Assembly (NCBI GenBank): GCA_040954595.2
Contig: CM082590.2
Location: 2,728,001-2,792,000, forward strand
Length of the DNA: 64,000 bases
Direction: 5' to 3'
DNA from: Balanoglossus misakiensis
Lineage: Eukaryota; Animalia; Hemichordata
In this document: piece after piece, positions 1 through 14,791 of the stretch
Position numbering within the stretch: position 1 is the stretch's first letter
Layout of the letters: each line of letters starts with the position of its first letter
Notes under the pieces: model-generated
The model's database searches: none
The model's input: only the letters and a program-made list of their open reading frames with translations
What the model was told of the DNA's origin: nothing
Made by a program: the position numbers and the translations under genes

Positions 1-1762
1 AAGTGTTTGCATCACTATCTACTGAGATGCATCATCAAGCTTGCATCGCCATTTACCCTGATGCAAAGACTCAGATTCAATATCATCGTTGCATTAGCAA
101 TGTCAAATTACAGTGCTTATGGCCACGTATTAACCTGAGGATTTACAGTCAACATTAAATACCCATGCATATGCATTAAATACCTATGTCAAAGTGCAGA
201 GCTTGCATCACCATCTACTCTGATGCACCATTAGGCTTGCTACGCCATTTCCCCTAATGCAAAGAATCACATTCAATGTCACCATTGCATTAGCAATTTT
301 AAATTACAGTGCTTTTGGCCATGTATTAACCTGGGGATTTACAATCAACTTTAAATCCCCATATGCGTTATATTCCAATGTCAATGTGAAGGGCTTGAAA
401 CACCATCTATCATGATACATCATCAAGCTTGCTTCACAATTTACCCTGATGCAAAGAATCAGATTTAGTATCACGGTAGCATTAGCAATGTCAAATTACA
501 GTGATTATGGCCACGTATTAACCTGGGGATTTACAGACAACTTTAAATACCCATGCATATACATTTAATACCTATGTCAAAATGCAGAGCTTGCATCACC
601 ATATACTCCGATGCATTATTAAGCTTGCTTCACCATTTGCCCTGATGCAAAGAATCAGTTTAAATGTCACCGTTGTATTATCAATGTCAAATTACGGTGC
701 TTTTGGACTTGTATTAACCTGGGGATTTACAGTCAACTTTTAATCCCCCTGTATACATTTTAAACCCCGGTGTCAAAGTTTAGTGATTGTATCACCATTG
801 ACCCTGGTGCATCATCAAGCATTCTTCAGAATTTGCCCTGATGCAAAGAATCAGATTCAATATCACCCTTGCATTAGAAATTTTAAATGACAGTGCTTTT
901 GGACATGTATTAACCTGGGGATTTACAGTCAACATTAAATACCCATGCATAGGCATTAAATACCTATGTCACAATGCATAGCTTACATCACCATCTACTC
1001 TGATGCACCATTATGCTCGCTACGCCATTTCCCCTAATGCAAAGAATGACATTCAATGTCACCATTGCATTTGCAATTGTAAATTACAGTGCTTTTGGCC
1101 ATGTATTAACCTAGGGATTTTCAATCAACTTTAAATATCAATGCGCATGCATTAAATACCCATGTCAAAGTGAAGTGTTTGCATCACTATCTACTGAGAT
1201 GCATCATCAAGCTTGCATCGCCATTTACCCTGATGCAAAGACTCAGATTCAATATCATCGTTGCATTAGCAATGTCAAATTACAGTGCTTATGGCCACGT
1301 ATTAACCTGAGGATATACAATCAACTTTAAATCCCCATATGCGTTATATTCCAATGTCAATGTGAAGGGCTTGAAACACCATCTATCATGATGCATCATC
1401 AAGCTTGCTTCACAATTTACCCTGATGCAAGAATCAGATTTAGTGTCACGGTAGCATTAGCAATGTCAAATTACAGTGCTTTTGGCCACGTATTAACCTG
1501 GGGATTTACAGTCAACATTAAATACCCATGCACATGCATTAAATACCTATGTCAAAGTGAAGTGTTTGCATCACTATCTACCTGGCTGCATCATCAAGCT
1601 TGCATCGCCATTCCCCCTAATGCAAAGAATCAGATTCAATGTCATCGTTGCATTAGCAATGTCAAATAAAATTGCTTTTGGACACGTATTAACCCAGGGA
1701 TTTCAGTCAACTTTTAGTATCCCTGTATGCATTTTATACCCCGGTGTCAACGTTTAGTGATT
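1..1762. repeat. Satellite, ~195-bp monomer, about 9 diverged copies (runs off the window start)
   Basis: The anchor TGCAA(A)GA recurs at ~64, 259, 451, 647, 843, 1039, 1234, 1427 and 1622. Positions 1-140 recur almost exactly at 1173. Confidence 0.95.
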
Positions 1763-1830
1763 AACTTCTTTGCTATTTAAACATTACATTTTGAGTAAAA
1801 GGGGTGAAATGGGATTAAAGTTTATAGTGA

Positions 1831-1914
1831 CATATCGAAAAGAATCTATTTCAATTCGTTCATTTCTGAAATCATATCGAAAAGAATCTATTTCAATTCG
1901 TTCATATCTGAAAT
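1831..1914. repeat. 42-bp direct repeat, 2 copies
   Basis: CATATCGAAAAGAATCTATTTCAATTCGTTCAT occurs at 1831 and 1873. Confidence 0.9.
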
Positions 1915-3361
1915 ATGATAATACGAATATGCATGTTTTATTCGCCATATATGAACACCAATGAAAAGTTATGTTTCCAGCTTAGGTATCGGTGGATTTG
2001 AACCACCTGACATCAGAAGACGCCTCCAGAATACCTTTAAATTGGTTGCATAATTTTCATGTGAATGTTCATAATATAGCGAGTGATTAATCCCTAATTT
2101 ATTTTTGTTGGGGGTGGGGGGTGGGGGGTGGGGGTGGGGGAGTTCAAGTAGCATATCTTGCAGGCCAATTTGAAACAATGTGTCATGTGGTTAAACTGAA
2201 AGAAATTAACCAATATAGTTTCAGCTCTTTTTGAAACAAGGTGTCATTTGGTTGAACAATGGGCCAGTCAAAATAGCATCTGCTAATTATGCACACAATA
2301 GTGTGATGGGTTAGTGGGTTAAGTTTACTTTTACCTTAGCGTTATATAACACACTATCGTGTACATAATCTCGCAGAGCTCATTCACAATTGTTTTAAAA
2401 TAAAGCAAGATAACTACATGTATGATAACACACATCTAATTTACGCGCCTAAAGGGCAGTTAAAAAACCTCATACCAATTACAAAAGAGGGAAAAAAAAC
2501 TGTCCTCTCCTCCTCTCACCCCATGATCTAAGCTAAATTTGGAATTTGGATGGGGTGGGGAGGTTAAGCTAACCTAACATTGTGCTAACATTTTCTGCCT
2601 GTCTGTCGCGTACAATGTGTCGATGCGCGAATACAATCACGGGTACCGTTGCGAGAAATTCCACCGAATAACGATGCTGACGAGTATTATCTATCTGAGA
2701 AATAATAGCATGTTATTCATAAAATATACACATTAACCAATGAATGAACCAACATGATTATTAGACCTTGGACACTTATTTAACATTTTATCATTATTAT
2801 ACCTCTGTCATCATCATCAATATTAACACCCTTTTTATACTTAATATCACCATAAGCCATCACCACAATTATTAATCGTTATTATACCCTTGCACAATTG
2901 TTACCCTTATTAAACCCGACACAGTTATTACTATTATTATACCCTTCTCATTCATATACCCATTATAACCTGTGTACACAAGCCATCATCATATTATAAA
3001 CCCGTTATACCTTTATACCACATTTGTTACCCTAATATTATTCCCTTCATACAAGCAACCGTTGTTACCCCTTTATAACCTGTGTACACTCAAATTTTAC
3101 CATAAAACCATCATCACATTTGTAACCCTTTTATTAAACCAAATTCAAATTTGTTCACCGTTATTATACCATACACATTTCGGAACCTATTATCATACCC
3201 TGCACAAAGCCATTGCTGTTAACCTAATTTTAAAACAAGTAATCACTACCAATTATTAACCCGATTTATTGGACTATTAAGTTTTATATTACGATCACCT
3301 CGTTTTGTACGTCTATATTACTCTATCTTATAATTTTGGTCAATAGGATATTATGTTGAAA

Positions 3362-3900
3362 CTCCACTTCTCCATTCTTCCACTTCTCCATCCTTTAGGT
3401 TGACGCTCCATCCATCCATCCATCAAAGTTTATATTAGTAGGTTGACTATGGTTGACTCTCCGCTCCATCCTCCCATCAAATTTTACGTTAGTTGGTTGA
3501 TTATGGTGTTACCAGTGTGCCCTACAGGAAAGAAAAAGAGGAAAAAACAGAGAAAAAACTCTTCTTCTCCATCCTTCCACTTCTCCATCGTTTAAGTTGA
3601 CGCTCCGCGGCACCATCCATCCATCAAAGTTTATATTTTAGTAAGTTGACTATGGTTGACGCTCCGCTCCATCCATCCATCAAAGTTTATATTAGTAGGT
3701 TGACTATGGTTGACGCTCCGCTCCATTCATCCATCAAAGTTTATATTAGTAGGTTGACTATGGTTGACGCTCCCCTCCATCCATCCATCAAAGTTTATAT
3801 TAGTAGGTTGACTATGGTTGACACTCCGCTCCATCCATCCATCAAATTTTACGTTAGTAGGTTGATTATGGTGTTACCATTGGGGCCTACAGGGAAAAAA
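3362..3900. repeat. Duplicated block with an internal 54-bp minisatellite
   Basis: GTTGACTATGGTTGACGCTCCGCTCCATCCATCCATCAAAGTTTATATTAGTAG repeats about 4-5 times. Block 3362-3545 is repeated from ~3560. Confidence 0.9.
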
Positions 3901-6678
3901 AGAAAAAAAGAGAAAAGAAGAGAAAAAAAGAAAGAAAGAAAGAGAGAGAGAAGGAGAAGAGTACCGGTGGGACCTACAAAAAAAAAGAATGAAAGAATTA
4001 AATGCATGAAATCAATGATAATAATAGGATTAATTTGGCAAGCCAGCCCAACCCAACATACTGCGGGTCAAGGGGTACATATCGTCAATTAATGAAAAAA
4101 AAATAAAGTGCAACAAACATTGGCTAGGTCAAAGCAGTTCCTATGGATACCAGAGAGTGCCAATGCTGTATCTGCTATGTATATAGGAAAGCAGATCAAA
4201 GGTCACCAAGAGCTCACCCAAAATTGTCAACAAATGTTTCTTCCAAAATTATCAGTGTAAAATGAAAAACAAGACTTCTGGCTCTATTGGTTAACCTGGT
4301 AATTAGGTGTTCCAGCCCTCAAAATTTGAAGGCGTTATCTGCTGTGCATGCCAAGGCAGGGAAAATAGGTTAAAGGTAACCAAAGCTAACAAAAATGTCA
4401 GAAAAAAATGTGATCGCATACTGGTGAATGTTCAAGAAAACCCAGACTCAAAGCTTCATTATCTAGTCTACAATTACGTAAGCACATATTTATAAGGTTA
4501 TCATTGGTCAAGAAATTCAGCAAAAAAATTAAGTCCAATAGTAGAGCATGTTCATAAAAAATTCAACCTGTAACAATATGGGTAAGCTCAGCATTAGATA
4601 TTCACATATTTAATAAGCTCAACATTGGTCCAGTGGATTCCAAATGTAACAAAAAAAGCTAAGTCCCATACTTGTCCATATACATCAAAAACCAAACCTC
4701 TAGTGCTATTAGTCTAGTCGCCATAAGATATTCAGAAAAGAATACAGGTGCCAAACTTAGGACAAAGTTCAATGCCAATATTATCAAAAAATTTGGGTTA
4801 TGTCCTGGCAGCAGTACTATTCGTGTGAAAAATAAATCATCACTGTTTTGCTTTTCAACAAGAGGCATATCCACGAATAATTAAGTTCTGAAAAAAAAAA
4901 TGGATCAAAGTACATGCGAAAGTTGCCAAAAAATGCAACGTATTCTGGTCATATGGTGACTCGTATCTATAAAAAGAATTGGTGTGCAATCAAAGTTTTT
5001 AATCAGAATTCATAAAATCCAATTTGGCTTCAATAAACTTTAATTAAGTTCTGAAAGATCTGGATCAAAAGACAAATGAAAGTTGCCTAAAAATTTGTAT
5101 TATTAAGTGTTGGAAAAACTGGATTAAAGGACATGTGCAATATGCCAAAAATGGTAACATATTCTGGTCATATAGTGAGTCATATACATATAAATAATGT
5201 TTGTGCTATCAATGAGTAGGCCATAAATAGGAAATCTTAGTTTTAAATCGTTGTTCAGAAAATCCAATTTGGCTCCAATAAGGTTTAACCAATCACAATT
5301 CACTTGAAAACTTGATTAGAAAAAGTGTTTTAATGATATTTTTCAAAAATCTAATAAGGAATTCTAAGTCACATGACTACTAGCAATATTACAGTCAAAC
5401 TTTGAACTGCACAGTATATTCGAACTTGATTGTCCCTGTAGTTTTGGAAAAGAACTGTCATCTTTTAAAGGTTATCAGAAAATCCAATATGGCCACCCTG
5501 AAGAAGACAATTAAAGGAACATGCAGCATTACAGGGACCAAAGCAGTTAGCATGGTTCCAACAGAAAGCAAACTCTGTATCTGTTGTGGATGCTTAGAAA
5601 TGGTAGGTAAGCCAGAGGTCACGGAAATTTGTGGCAACAAATTTTGACATCAAACTGATCAGTGTTCAACAAAAAAACAGACTTTTATTCTCAATTGGTT
5701 AACTAGAAAAAGCTTATGTACACAACTTTTGTGTTAAAGTTTAATACTTTATTAGGTGTTTAAGGCCTAAAAATCTGAAGGCTGTATCTGCTGTGCAGGC
5801 CAGGTTATGGGAAAGTACATCAAAGGTCATTGCCAAAATTATCAAAATATTTGGGTTATGTCCTGGCAGCAGTAGTACTCTTTGAACAAAATCATGACTG
5901 TTGAGCTTTTTATCAAGAGCCATATCCACATAAAATTAAGTTATGGAATTACTGGATCAAAGGACATGCGAGAGTCGCCAACAAATTGTTTAATCAAATA
6001 CTGAAAAAAAACTGGATCAAAGAACATATGAAAGTTGTCAAAAAATGTAACATATTCTAGTTATATGGTGACTCGTATCCACAGAAAGAATTTGTGTGCT
6101 TTCAATGAGTAGGATAAAAAAAGGAATTTTAGCTTTTAATCGGAGTTCAGAAAATCCAATTTGGCTCTGATAAGGTTAAACCAATCACAATTCACTTGAA
6201 AACTTGATTAGAAAAAGATTTTCGTAATTTTTGAATGAGATTTTTAAAAAATCCAATAAGGCACCAAAAGTCACATGACCACTAATGATATTTTATCAAA
6301 CTTTCAACCGCACAGTAAATTAGAACTTGATTGGCCCTGTAGTTTATGAAAATGTCAACCTTTAAAGCTTATTAGAAAATCCAATATGGCCACCATGAAG
6401 AAGACAATTACAACTAAAAGTAGCATTGGAGGGACCAAGGTGTTAAGCATGGTTCCAACAGAAAGCAGAGGCTGTGTCTGTTGTGGATGCCCAGAAATGG
6501 TAAAGTACGCCAGAGGTGAGGCAAAATGTGCCAACAAAATTTGATACCAAACTGATCAGTGTCCAACAAAAAGCAGACTTCTACGCTTTATTGGTTAACT
6601 TTAAATAGCTCATATACATAATTAGTGTGTTAAAGTTAACACATGCACTTCATTAGGTGTTCCAGTCCTCTAAATTTA

Positions 6679-8481
6679 CAAGTGACCTATTGGTCAAATG
6701 AGCTCTGCTGACCTTAACAGTGTAACCTGGGCGATGATATGAATACCCTAGGTTTTAATTCATAACAATTGTATTCTATTGAACAAAACCAAACATAGAC
6801 ATCACAAGTATTTATCCAAATTCAGCTTGATTCATTGCACTAAAGAAAGAAAGAATTGAATTCTAAAGAACAACATCAAAAGGAAGTACCAATGTTCTAA
6901 TTTGCATATTCATGACCCCATCAAAATTCCAATAAAACAAAATCAGGTAGGGGCACCATAACACACATTCTACCAAATTTCAACTCCATCGTACATGTAT
7001 TTAGGGAGAAGATTTTTTTACCAAAAATTATATTTTTAGATCTAATTTGCATATTTATGACCCCATCATATCCAAATTAGCAAAATCAGGTAGGGGCACC
7101 ATAACACACATTCCTACTAAATTTCAGCGCCATCGTACATGTAGTTAGGGAGAAGAAGATTTTTGACCAAAAATTCTATTTTTAGATCTAATTTGCATAT
7201 TTATGACCCCATCATATCCAAATTAGCAAAATCAGGTAGGGGCACCATAACACACATTCCTACTAAATTTCAGCGCCATCGTACATGTAGTTAGGGAGAA
7301 GAAGATTTTTGACCAAAAATTCTATTTTTAGATCTAATTTGCATATTTATGACCCAATCAAATCCAAATTAACAAAATCAGGTTGGGACACTATAACACA
7401 CATTCCTACTAAATTTCAGCTCCATCGTACAAATAGTTAGGGAGAAGAAGATTTTTTACCAAAAATTATATTTTTAGATCTAATTTACATATTCTTGACC
7501 CGATCATATCCAAATTTATAAAATCAGGTTCGGGCATCATAACACACATTCCTACCATATTTCAGCTCCATCGTACATGTAGTTAGGGAGAAGAAAATTT
7601 TTGACCAAAAATTATATTTTTAGATCTAATTTGCATATTTATGACCCCATCAAATCCAAATTTACAAAATCAGGTAGGGGCACCATAACACACATTCCTA
7701 TCAAATTTCAGCTCCATTGTACATGTAGTTATGGAGAAGAAGATTTTTTACCAAAATTCTATTTTTAGATCTAATTTGCATATTTATGACCCCATCAAAT
7801 CCAAATTTACAAAATCAGGTAGGGGCACCATAACACACATTCCTGCCAAATTTCAGGTCCATTGCACATGTAGTTGTGGAGAAGAAGATTTTTACCAAAA
7901 GTTCTATTTTTAGATCTAATTTGCATATTCATGACCCCATCAAATCCAAATTAACAAAATCAGTTAAAGGCACCATAACACACATTCCAACCAAATTTCA
8001 GCTAAATATGCCCAGTTGTTTTAAAGAAGAAGATTGAAATACAAAAAGTTGACGGACGACAGACGACTGACGACAGACGACGGACGACGGACGGACACTT
8101 ATCAACCTACTGCTACAGCTCGGCTGACACAAGTGACAGCAGAGCTAAAAATCAGGTAGGGACACCATAACACACATTCCTACCAAATTTCAGCTCCATC
8201 GTACATGTAGTTAGGGAGAAGAAGATTTTTTTACCAAAAATTTTATTTTTAGATCTAATTTGCATATTCATGACCCGATCAAATCCAAATTAACAAAATC
8301 AGGTAAGGGCACCATAACACACATTCTAACCAAATTTCAGCTAAATATGCCAAGTAGTTTTATAGAAGAAGATTGAAATACCAAAAGTTGACGGACGACG
8401 GATGACGGACGACAGACGACGGACAGACATTTATCAACCTACTGCTACAGCTCGGCTGACACAAGTGACAGCAGAGCTAAT
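6679..8481 (-). mobile_element. Non-autonomous Helentron-type element (HINE/DINE-1-like) with a 146-bp internal tandem array
   Basis: It is absent from sister monomers (empty site CCTCTAAATTTAAAAGCTGTATCT at ~17034). It has subterminal inverted repeats AGCTCTGCTG (~6701) and CAGCAGAGCT (~8470), a terminal hairpin TGACC-TATT-GGTCA, a GACG/GACA microsatellite near one end and 146-bp tandem units. It is inserted in an A/T run with no clear TSD, and the microsatellite end is duplicated (8040-8150 and 8390-8480). Confidence 0.8.
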
Positions 8482-11339
8482 AAAAGCTGTATCTGCTGTG
8501 CATGCCAAGTTTTGGAAATGTAGATCAAGGGTCATTGCCAAAATTATCAAAATATTTGGGTTATGTCCTGCCAGAGTAGTACTCATGTGAACAAAATCAT
8601 GACTGTTGTGCTTTTTAACAAGAGACATATCAATGTACAATTAAGTTCTGAAAGATCTTGATCAAAGGGAAAATGAAAGTTGCAAAAAATTGTATAATTA
8701 AGTGTTAAAAAAAGGATCAATGGACATGTGAAAGTTGACAAAAAATTTTAACATTCTGGTCTTATGTTGACTCTATCCATAAAAAGGCTTGGTGTGCTAT
8801 CATTCAGTAGCCTACAAATAGGAAATTTTAGTTTTTAATCGGAGTTCAGAAAATCCAATTAGGCTTCAATAAGGTTTAACCAATCACATTTTACGCGAAA
8901 GCGTGATTAAAAAAAGATTTTGGAAATTTTTCATGGGATTTTTCAAAAATCCATAATAAATCCAAATTCACATGAACACTAACAATATTATTTTAAAAAA
9001 TTGGAACGTACAGTAAATTAGAACTTGATTGGCCTTGTAATTTTTGAAAAAAAATGTCAACTTTTAAAGGTTATCAGAAAATCCAATATGGCCACCATGA
9101 AGAAGACAATTAAAAGAACATGCAGCATCACAGGGGCCAAAGCAGTTAGCATGGTTCCAACAGAAAGCAAACTCTGTATCTGTTATGGATTCTTAGAATG
9201 GTGGGTAAGCCAGAGGTCACGGAAATTTGTGCCAACAAATTTTGATATCAAACTGATAAGTGTCCAACAAGAACCAAACTTCTAAGCTCAATTGGTTAAC
9301 TTTAAATAGGATTTAAGTAGATCATGGCCAAAATTATCAAAATATTTGGGTTATGTCCAGGCACCAATAGTACTCATGTGAACAAAATCATGACTGTTGT
9401 GCTTTTTAACAAGAGACATATCCAAGTAGATCAAGGGTCATTGCCAAAATTATCAAAATATTTGGGTTATGTCCTGGCAGCAATAAAACTCATGTGAACA
9501 AAATCATGACTATTGTGCTTTTTAACAAGAGACATATCCAAGTAGATCAAGGGTCATTGCCAAAATTATCAAAATATTTGGGTTATGTCCTGGCAGCAGT
9601 AGTACTCTATGAACAAAATCATGACTGTTGAGCTTTTTATCAAGAGCCATATCCACATAAAATTAAGTTATGGAATTACTGGGTCAAAGGACATGCGAGA
9701 GTTGCCAACAAATTGTTTAATCAAGTTTTGAAAAAACTGGATCAAAGGACATGTGAAAGTTGCCAAAAAATGTAACGTATTCTAGTCATATGGCGACTCG
9801 TATCCATAAAATTAATTTGTATGCTTTCAATGAGTAGGCTAGAAATAGGAAATCTTAGTTTTTAATCAGTGTTCAGAAAAATCCAATTTGGCTCCAATAA
9901 GGTGACACCAATCACAATTCACTTGAAAACTTGATTAGAAAAAGATGTTCTGTAATTTTTTAATGAGATTTTTAAACAATCCAATTAGGCACCCAAAGTC
10001 ACATGACCACTAATGATATTTTTGTCAAACTTTCAACCCTACAGTAAACTAGAATTTGATTTGCCCTGTAGTTTATGAAAATGTCAACTTTTAAAGGTTA
10101 TTAGAAAATCCAATATGGCCACCATGAAGAAGACAATTAGAGCTACAAGCAGCATTGGAGTGGCCAAAGCGGTTAGCATGGTTCCAACAGAAAGCAAAGG
10201 CTGTATCTGTTGTGGATGCCTAGAAATGGTAAAGTATGCCAGAGGTGATGCAAAATGTGCCAACAAAATTTGATACCAAACTGATCAATGTCCAACAAAA
10301 AGCAGACTTCTACGCTTTATTAGTTAACTTTAAATAGCTTATATACATAATTATTGTGTTAAAGTTAATACATGTACTTCATTAGGTGTTCCAAGCCTCT
10401 AAATTTAAAAGCTGTATTTGCTGTACATGCCAAGTTATGGGAATGTAGATCAAAAGTTACTGCCAAAATTATCAAAATATTTGGGTTATGTCCTGGCAGC
10501 AGTAGTACTCATGTGAACAAAATCACGACTGTTGTGCTTTTTAACAAGAGGCATATCAACGTAGAATTAAGTTCTGAAAGATCTGGATCAAAAGACGAAT
10601 GAAAGTTGCAAAAAAATAGTATAATTAAGTGTTGAAAAAATGGATGAAAGGACATGTGAAAGTTGATAAAAATTGTTTAACATATTCTGGACTTATGGTG
10701 ACTCGTATCCATAAAAAGGATTGGTGTGCTATCATTCAGTAGCCTTGAAATAGGAAATTTTAGTTTTTAATCGGAGTTCAGACAATCCAATTTGACTTCA
10801 ATAAGGTTTAACCAATCACAATTCACTTGAAAGCTTGATTAAAAAAGATTTTGGAAATTTTTCATGAGTTTTTGAAAAAATCCATAATGAATCCAAATTC
10901 ACATGACCACTATTAATATAATTGAAAAAAAAATGGAACGGCCAGTAAATTAGAACTTGATTGGCCCTGCAGTTTAGAAAAAAATGTCAACTTTTAGAGA
11001 TTATCAGAAAATCCAATATGGCCGCCATGAAGAAGACCCAACTATAAGCAGCATTGGAGTGACCAAAGTGGTTAGCATGGTTCCAACAGAAAGCAAAGGC
11101 TGTATCTGTTATGGATGCTGAGAAATGGTAAGTAAGCCAGAGGTCAGGCAAATTTGTGCCAACAAATTTTGACATCAAACTGATAAGTGTCCAACAAGAA
11201 CCAAACTTCTAAGCTCAATTGGTTAACTTTAAATAGGATAAGTACATAATGATTGTGTTAAAAATTAATACTTCATTAGGTGTTCCAGTCCTCTAAATTT
11301 GAAAGCCGTATCTGCTGTGCATGGCAAGTTATGGGAAAG

Positions 11340-13760
11340 AAGATCATGGCCAAAATTATCAAAATGTTTGGGTTATGTCCTGGCAGCAATAGTACTCATG
11401 TGTACAAAATCATGACTGTTGTGCTTTTTAACAAGAGACATATCCAAGTAGATCAAGGGTCATGGCCAAAATTATCAAAATATTTGGGTTATGTCCTGGC
11501 AACAATAAAACTCATGTGAACAAAATCACGACTGTTGTGCTTTTTAACAAGAGACATATCCAAGTAGATCAAGGGTCATGGCCGAAATAATCAAAATATT
11601 TGGGTTATGTCCTGGCAGCAATAAAATTCATATGAACAAAATCATGACTGTTGTGCTTTTTAACAAGAGACATATCCAAGTAGATCAAGGGTCATTGCCA
11701 AAATTATCCAAATATTTGGGTTATGTCCTGGCAGCAATAAAACTCATGTGAACAAAATCATGACTATTGTGCTTTTTAACAAGAGACATATCCAAGTAGA
11801 TCAAGGGTCATTGCCAAAATGATCAAAATATATGGGTTATGTCCTGGCAGCAATAAAACTCATGTGAACAAAATCATGACTGTTGTGCTTTTTAACAAGA
11901 GACATATCCAAGTAGATCAAGGGTCATTGCCAAAATTATCAAAATATTTGGGTTATGTCCTGGCAGCAATAAAACTCATGTGAACAAAATCATGACTGTT
12001 GTGCTTTTTAACAAGAGACATATCCAAGTAGATCAAGGGTCATTGCCAAAATTATCAAAATATTTGGGTTATGTCCAGGCACCAATAGTACTCATGTGAA
12101 CAAAATCATGACTGTTGTGCTTTTTAACAAGAGACATATCCAAGTAGATCAAGGGTCATTGCCAAAATTATCAAAATATTTGGGTTATGTCCAGGCAGCA
12201 ATAGTACTCATGTGAACAAAATCATGACTGTTGTGCTTTTTAACAAGAGGCATATCCAAGTAGATCAAGGGTCATTGCCAAAATTATCAAAATATTTGGG
12301 TTATGTCCAGGCAGCAATAGTACTCATGTGAACAAAATCATGACTGTTGTGCTTTTTAACAAGAGACATATCCAAGTAGATCAAGGGTCATTGCCAAAAT
12401 TATCAAAATATTTGGGTTATGTCCAGGCAGCAATAGTACTCATGTGAACAAAATCATGACTGTTGTGCTTTTTAACAAGAGACATATCCAAGTAGATCAA
12501 GGGTCATTACCAAGATTATCAAAATATTTGGGTTATGTCCTGGCAGCAATAAAACTCATGTGAACAAAATCATGACTGTTGTGCCTTTTAACAAGAGACA
12601 TATCCAAGTAGATCAAGGGTCATTGCCAAAATTATCAAAATATTTGGGTTATGTCCTGGCAGCAATAAAACTCATGTGAACAAAATCATGACTGTTGTGC
12701 TTTTTAACAAGAGACATATCCAAGTAGATCAAGGGTCATTGCCATGATTATCAAAATATTTGGGTTATGTCCTGGCAGCAATAAAACTCATGTGAACAAA
12801 ATCATGACTGTTGTGCTTTTAACAAGAGACATATCCAAGTAGATCAAGGGTCATTGCCAAAATTATCAAAATATTTGGGTTATGTCCAGGCAGCAATAGT
12901 ACTCATGTGAACAAAATCATGACTGTTGTGCTTTTTAACAAGAGACATATCCAAGTAGATCAAGGGTCATTACCAAGATTATCAAAATATTTGGATTATG
13001 TCCTGGCAGCAATAAAACTCATGTGAACAAAATCATGACTGTTGTGCCTTTTAACAAGAGACATATCCAAGTAGATCAAGGGTCATTGCCAAAATTATCA
13101 AAATATTTGGGTAATGTCCTGGCAGCAATAAAACTCATGTGAACAAAATCATGACTGTTGTGCTTTTTAACAAGAGACATATCCAAGTAGATCAAGGGTC
13201 ATTGCCAAGATTATCAAAATATTTGGGTTATGTCCTGGCAGCAATAAAACTCATGTGAACAAAATCATGACTGTTGCGCTTTTTAACAAGAGACATATCC
13301 AAGTAGATCAAGGGTCATTGCCAAAGTTATCAAAATATTTGGGTTATGTCCTGGCAGCGACAAAACTCATGTGAACAAAATCATGACTGTTGTGCTTTTT
13401 AACAAGAGACATATCCAAGTAGATCAAGGGTCATGGCCAAAATTATCAAAATATTTGGGTTATGTCCTGGCAACAATAAAACTCATGTGAACAAAATCAT
13501 GACTGTTGTGCTTTTTAACAAGAGACATATCCAAGGGATCAAGGGTCATTACCAAGATTATCAAAATATTTGGGTTATGTCCTGGCAGCAATAAAACTCA
13601 TGTGAACAAAATCATGACTGTTGTGCTTTTTAACAAGAGACATATCCAAGTAGATCAAGGGTCATTGCCAAAATTATCAAAATATTTGGGTTATGTCCTG
13701 GCAGCAGTAGTACTCTTTGAACAAAATCATGACTGTTGAGCTTTTTATCAAGAGCCATAT
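11340..13760. repeat. 116-bp tandem array, ~21 copies
   Basis: The unit TATCCAAGTAGATCAAGGGTCATTGCC...AACAAGAGACA starts at 11441, 11557, 11673, 11789 and onward. Confidence 0.97.
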
Positions 13761-14290
13761 CCACATAAAATTAAGTTATGGAATTACTGGATCAAAGGAC
13801 ATGCGAGAGTCGCCAACAAATTGTTTAATCAAATACTGAAAAAAAACTGGATCAAAGAACATATGAAAGTTGTCAAAAAATGTAACATATTCTAGTCATA
13901 TGGTGACTCGTATCCACAGAAAGAATTTGTGTGCTTTCAATGAGTAGGATAAAAAAAGGAATTTTAGCTTTTAATCGGAGTTCAGAAAATCCAATTTGGC
14001 TCTGATAAGGTTAAACCAATCACAATTCACTTGAAAACTTGATTAGAAAAAGATTTTCGTAATTTTTGAATGAGATTTTTAAAAAATCCAATAAGGCACC
14101 AAAAGTCACATGACCACTAATGATATTTTATCAAACTTTCAACCGCACAGTAAATTAGAACTTGATTGGCCCTGTAGTTTATGAAAATGTCAACCTTTAA
14201 AGCTTATTAGAAAATCCAATATGGCCGCCATGAAGAAGACAATTACAACTAAAAGTAGCATTGGAGGGACCAAGGTTCCAACAGAAAGCA

Positions 14291-14791
14291 GACCCCATCA
14301 AAATTCCAATTAACAAAATCAGGTAGGGGCACCATACCACACATTCCTACCAATTTTCAGCTCCATCGTACATGTAGTTAGGGAGAAGAAGATTTTTTTA
14401 CCAAAAATTTTATTTTTAGATCTAATTTGCATATTCATGACCCGATCAAATCCAAATTAACAAAATTAGGTAGGGACACCATAACACACATTCCTACTAA
14501 ATTTCAGCTCCATCGTACATGTAGTTAGGGAGAAGATTTTTTTACCAAAAATTTTATTTTTAGATCTAATTTGCATATTCATGACCCGATCAAATCCAAA
14601 TTAACAAAATCAGGTAAGGGCACCATAACACACATTCCAACCAAATTTCAGCTAAATATGCCAAGTAGTTTTATAGAAGAAGATTGAAATACCAAAAGTT
14701 GACGGACGACGGATGACGGACGACAGACGACGGACAGACATTTATCAACCTACTACTACAGCTCGGCTGACACAAGTGACAGCAGAGCTAA
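14291..14791 (-). mobile_element. Truncated duplicate of the 6679-8481 HINE-like element
   Basis: It is nearly identical to the end of the first element and has the same downstream flank. The other end was lost by a deletion joining it to monomer sequence at ~14290. Confidence 0.85.

Noticed and set aside
3646-4092. 148-aa ORF with 18-aa repeats
   Set aside because: It is a by-product of the 54-bp minisatellite and a purine tract.
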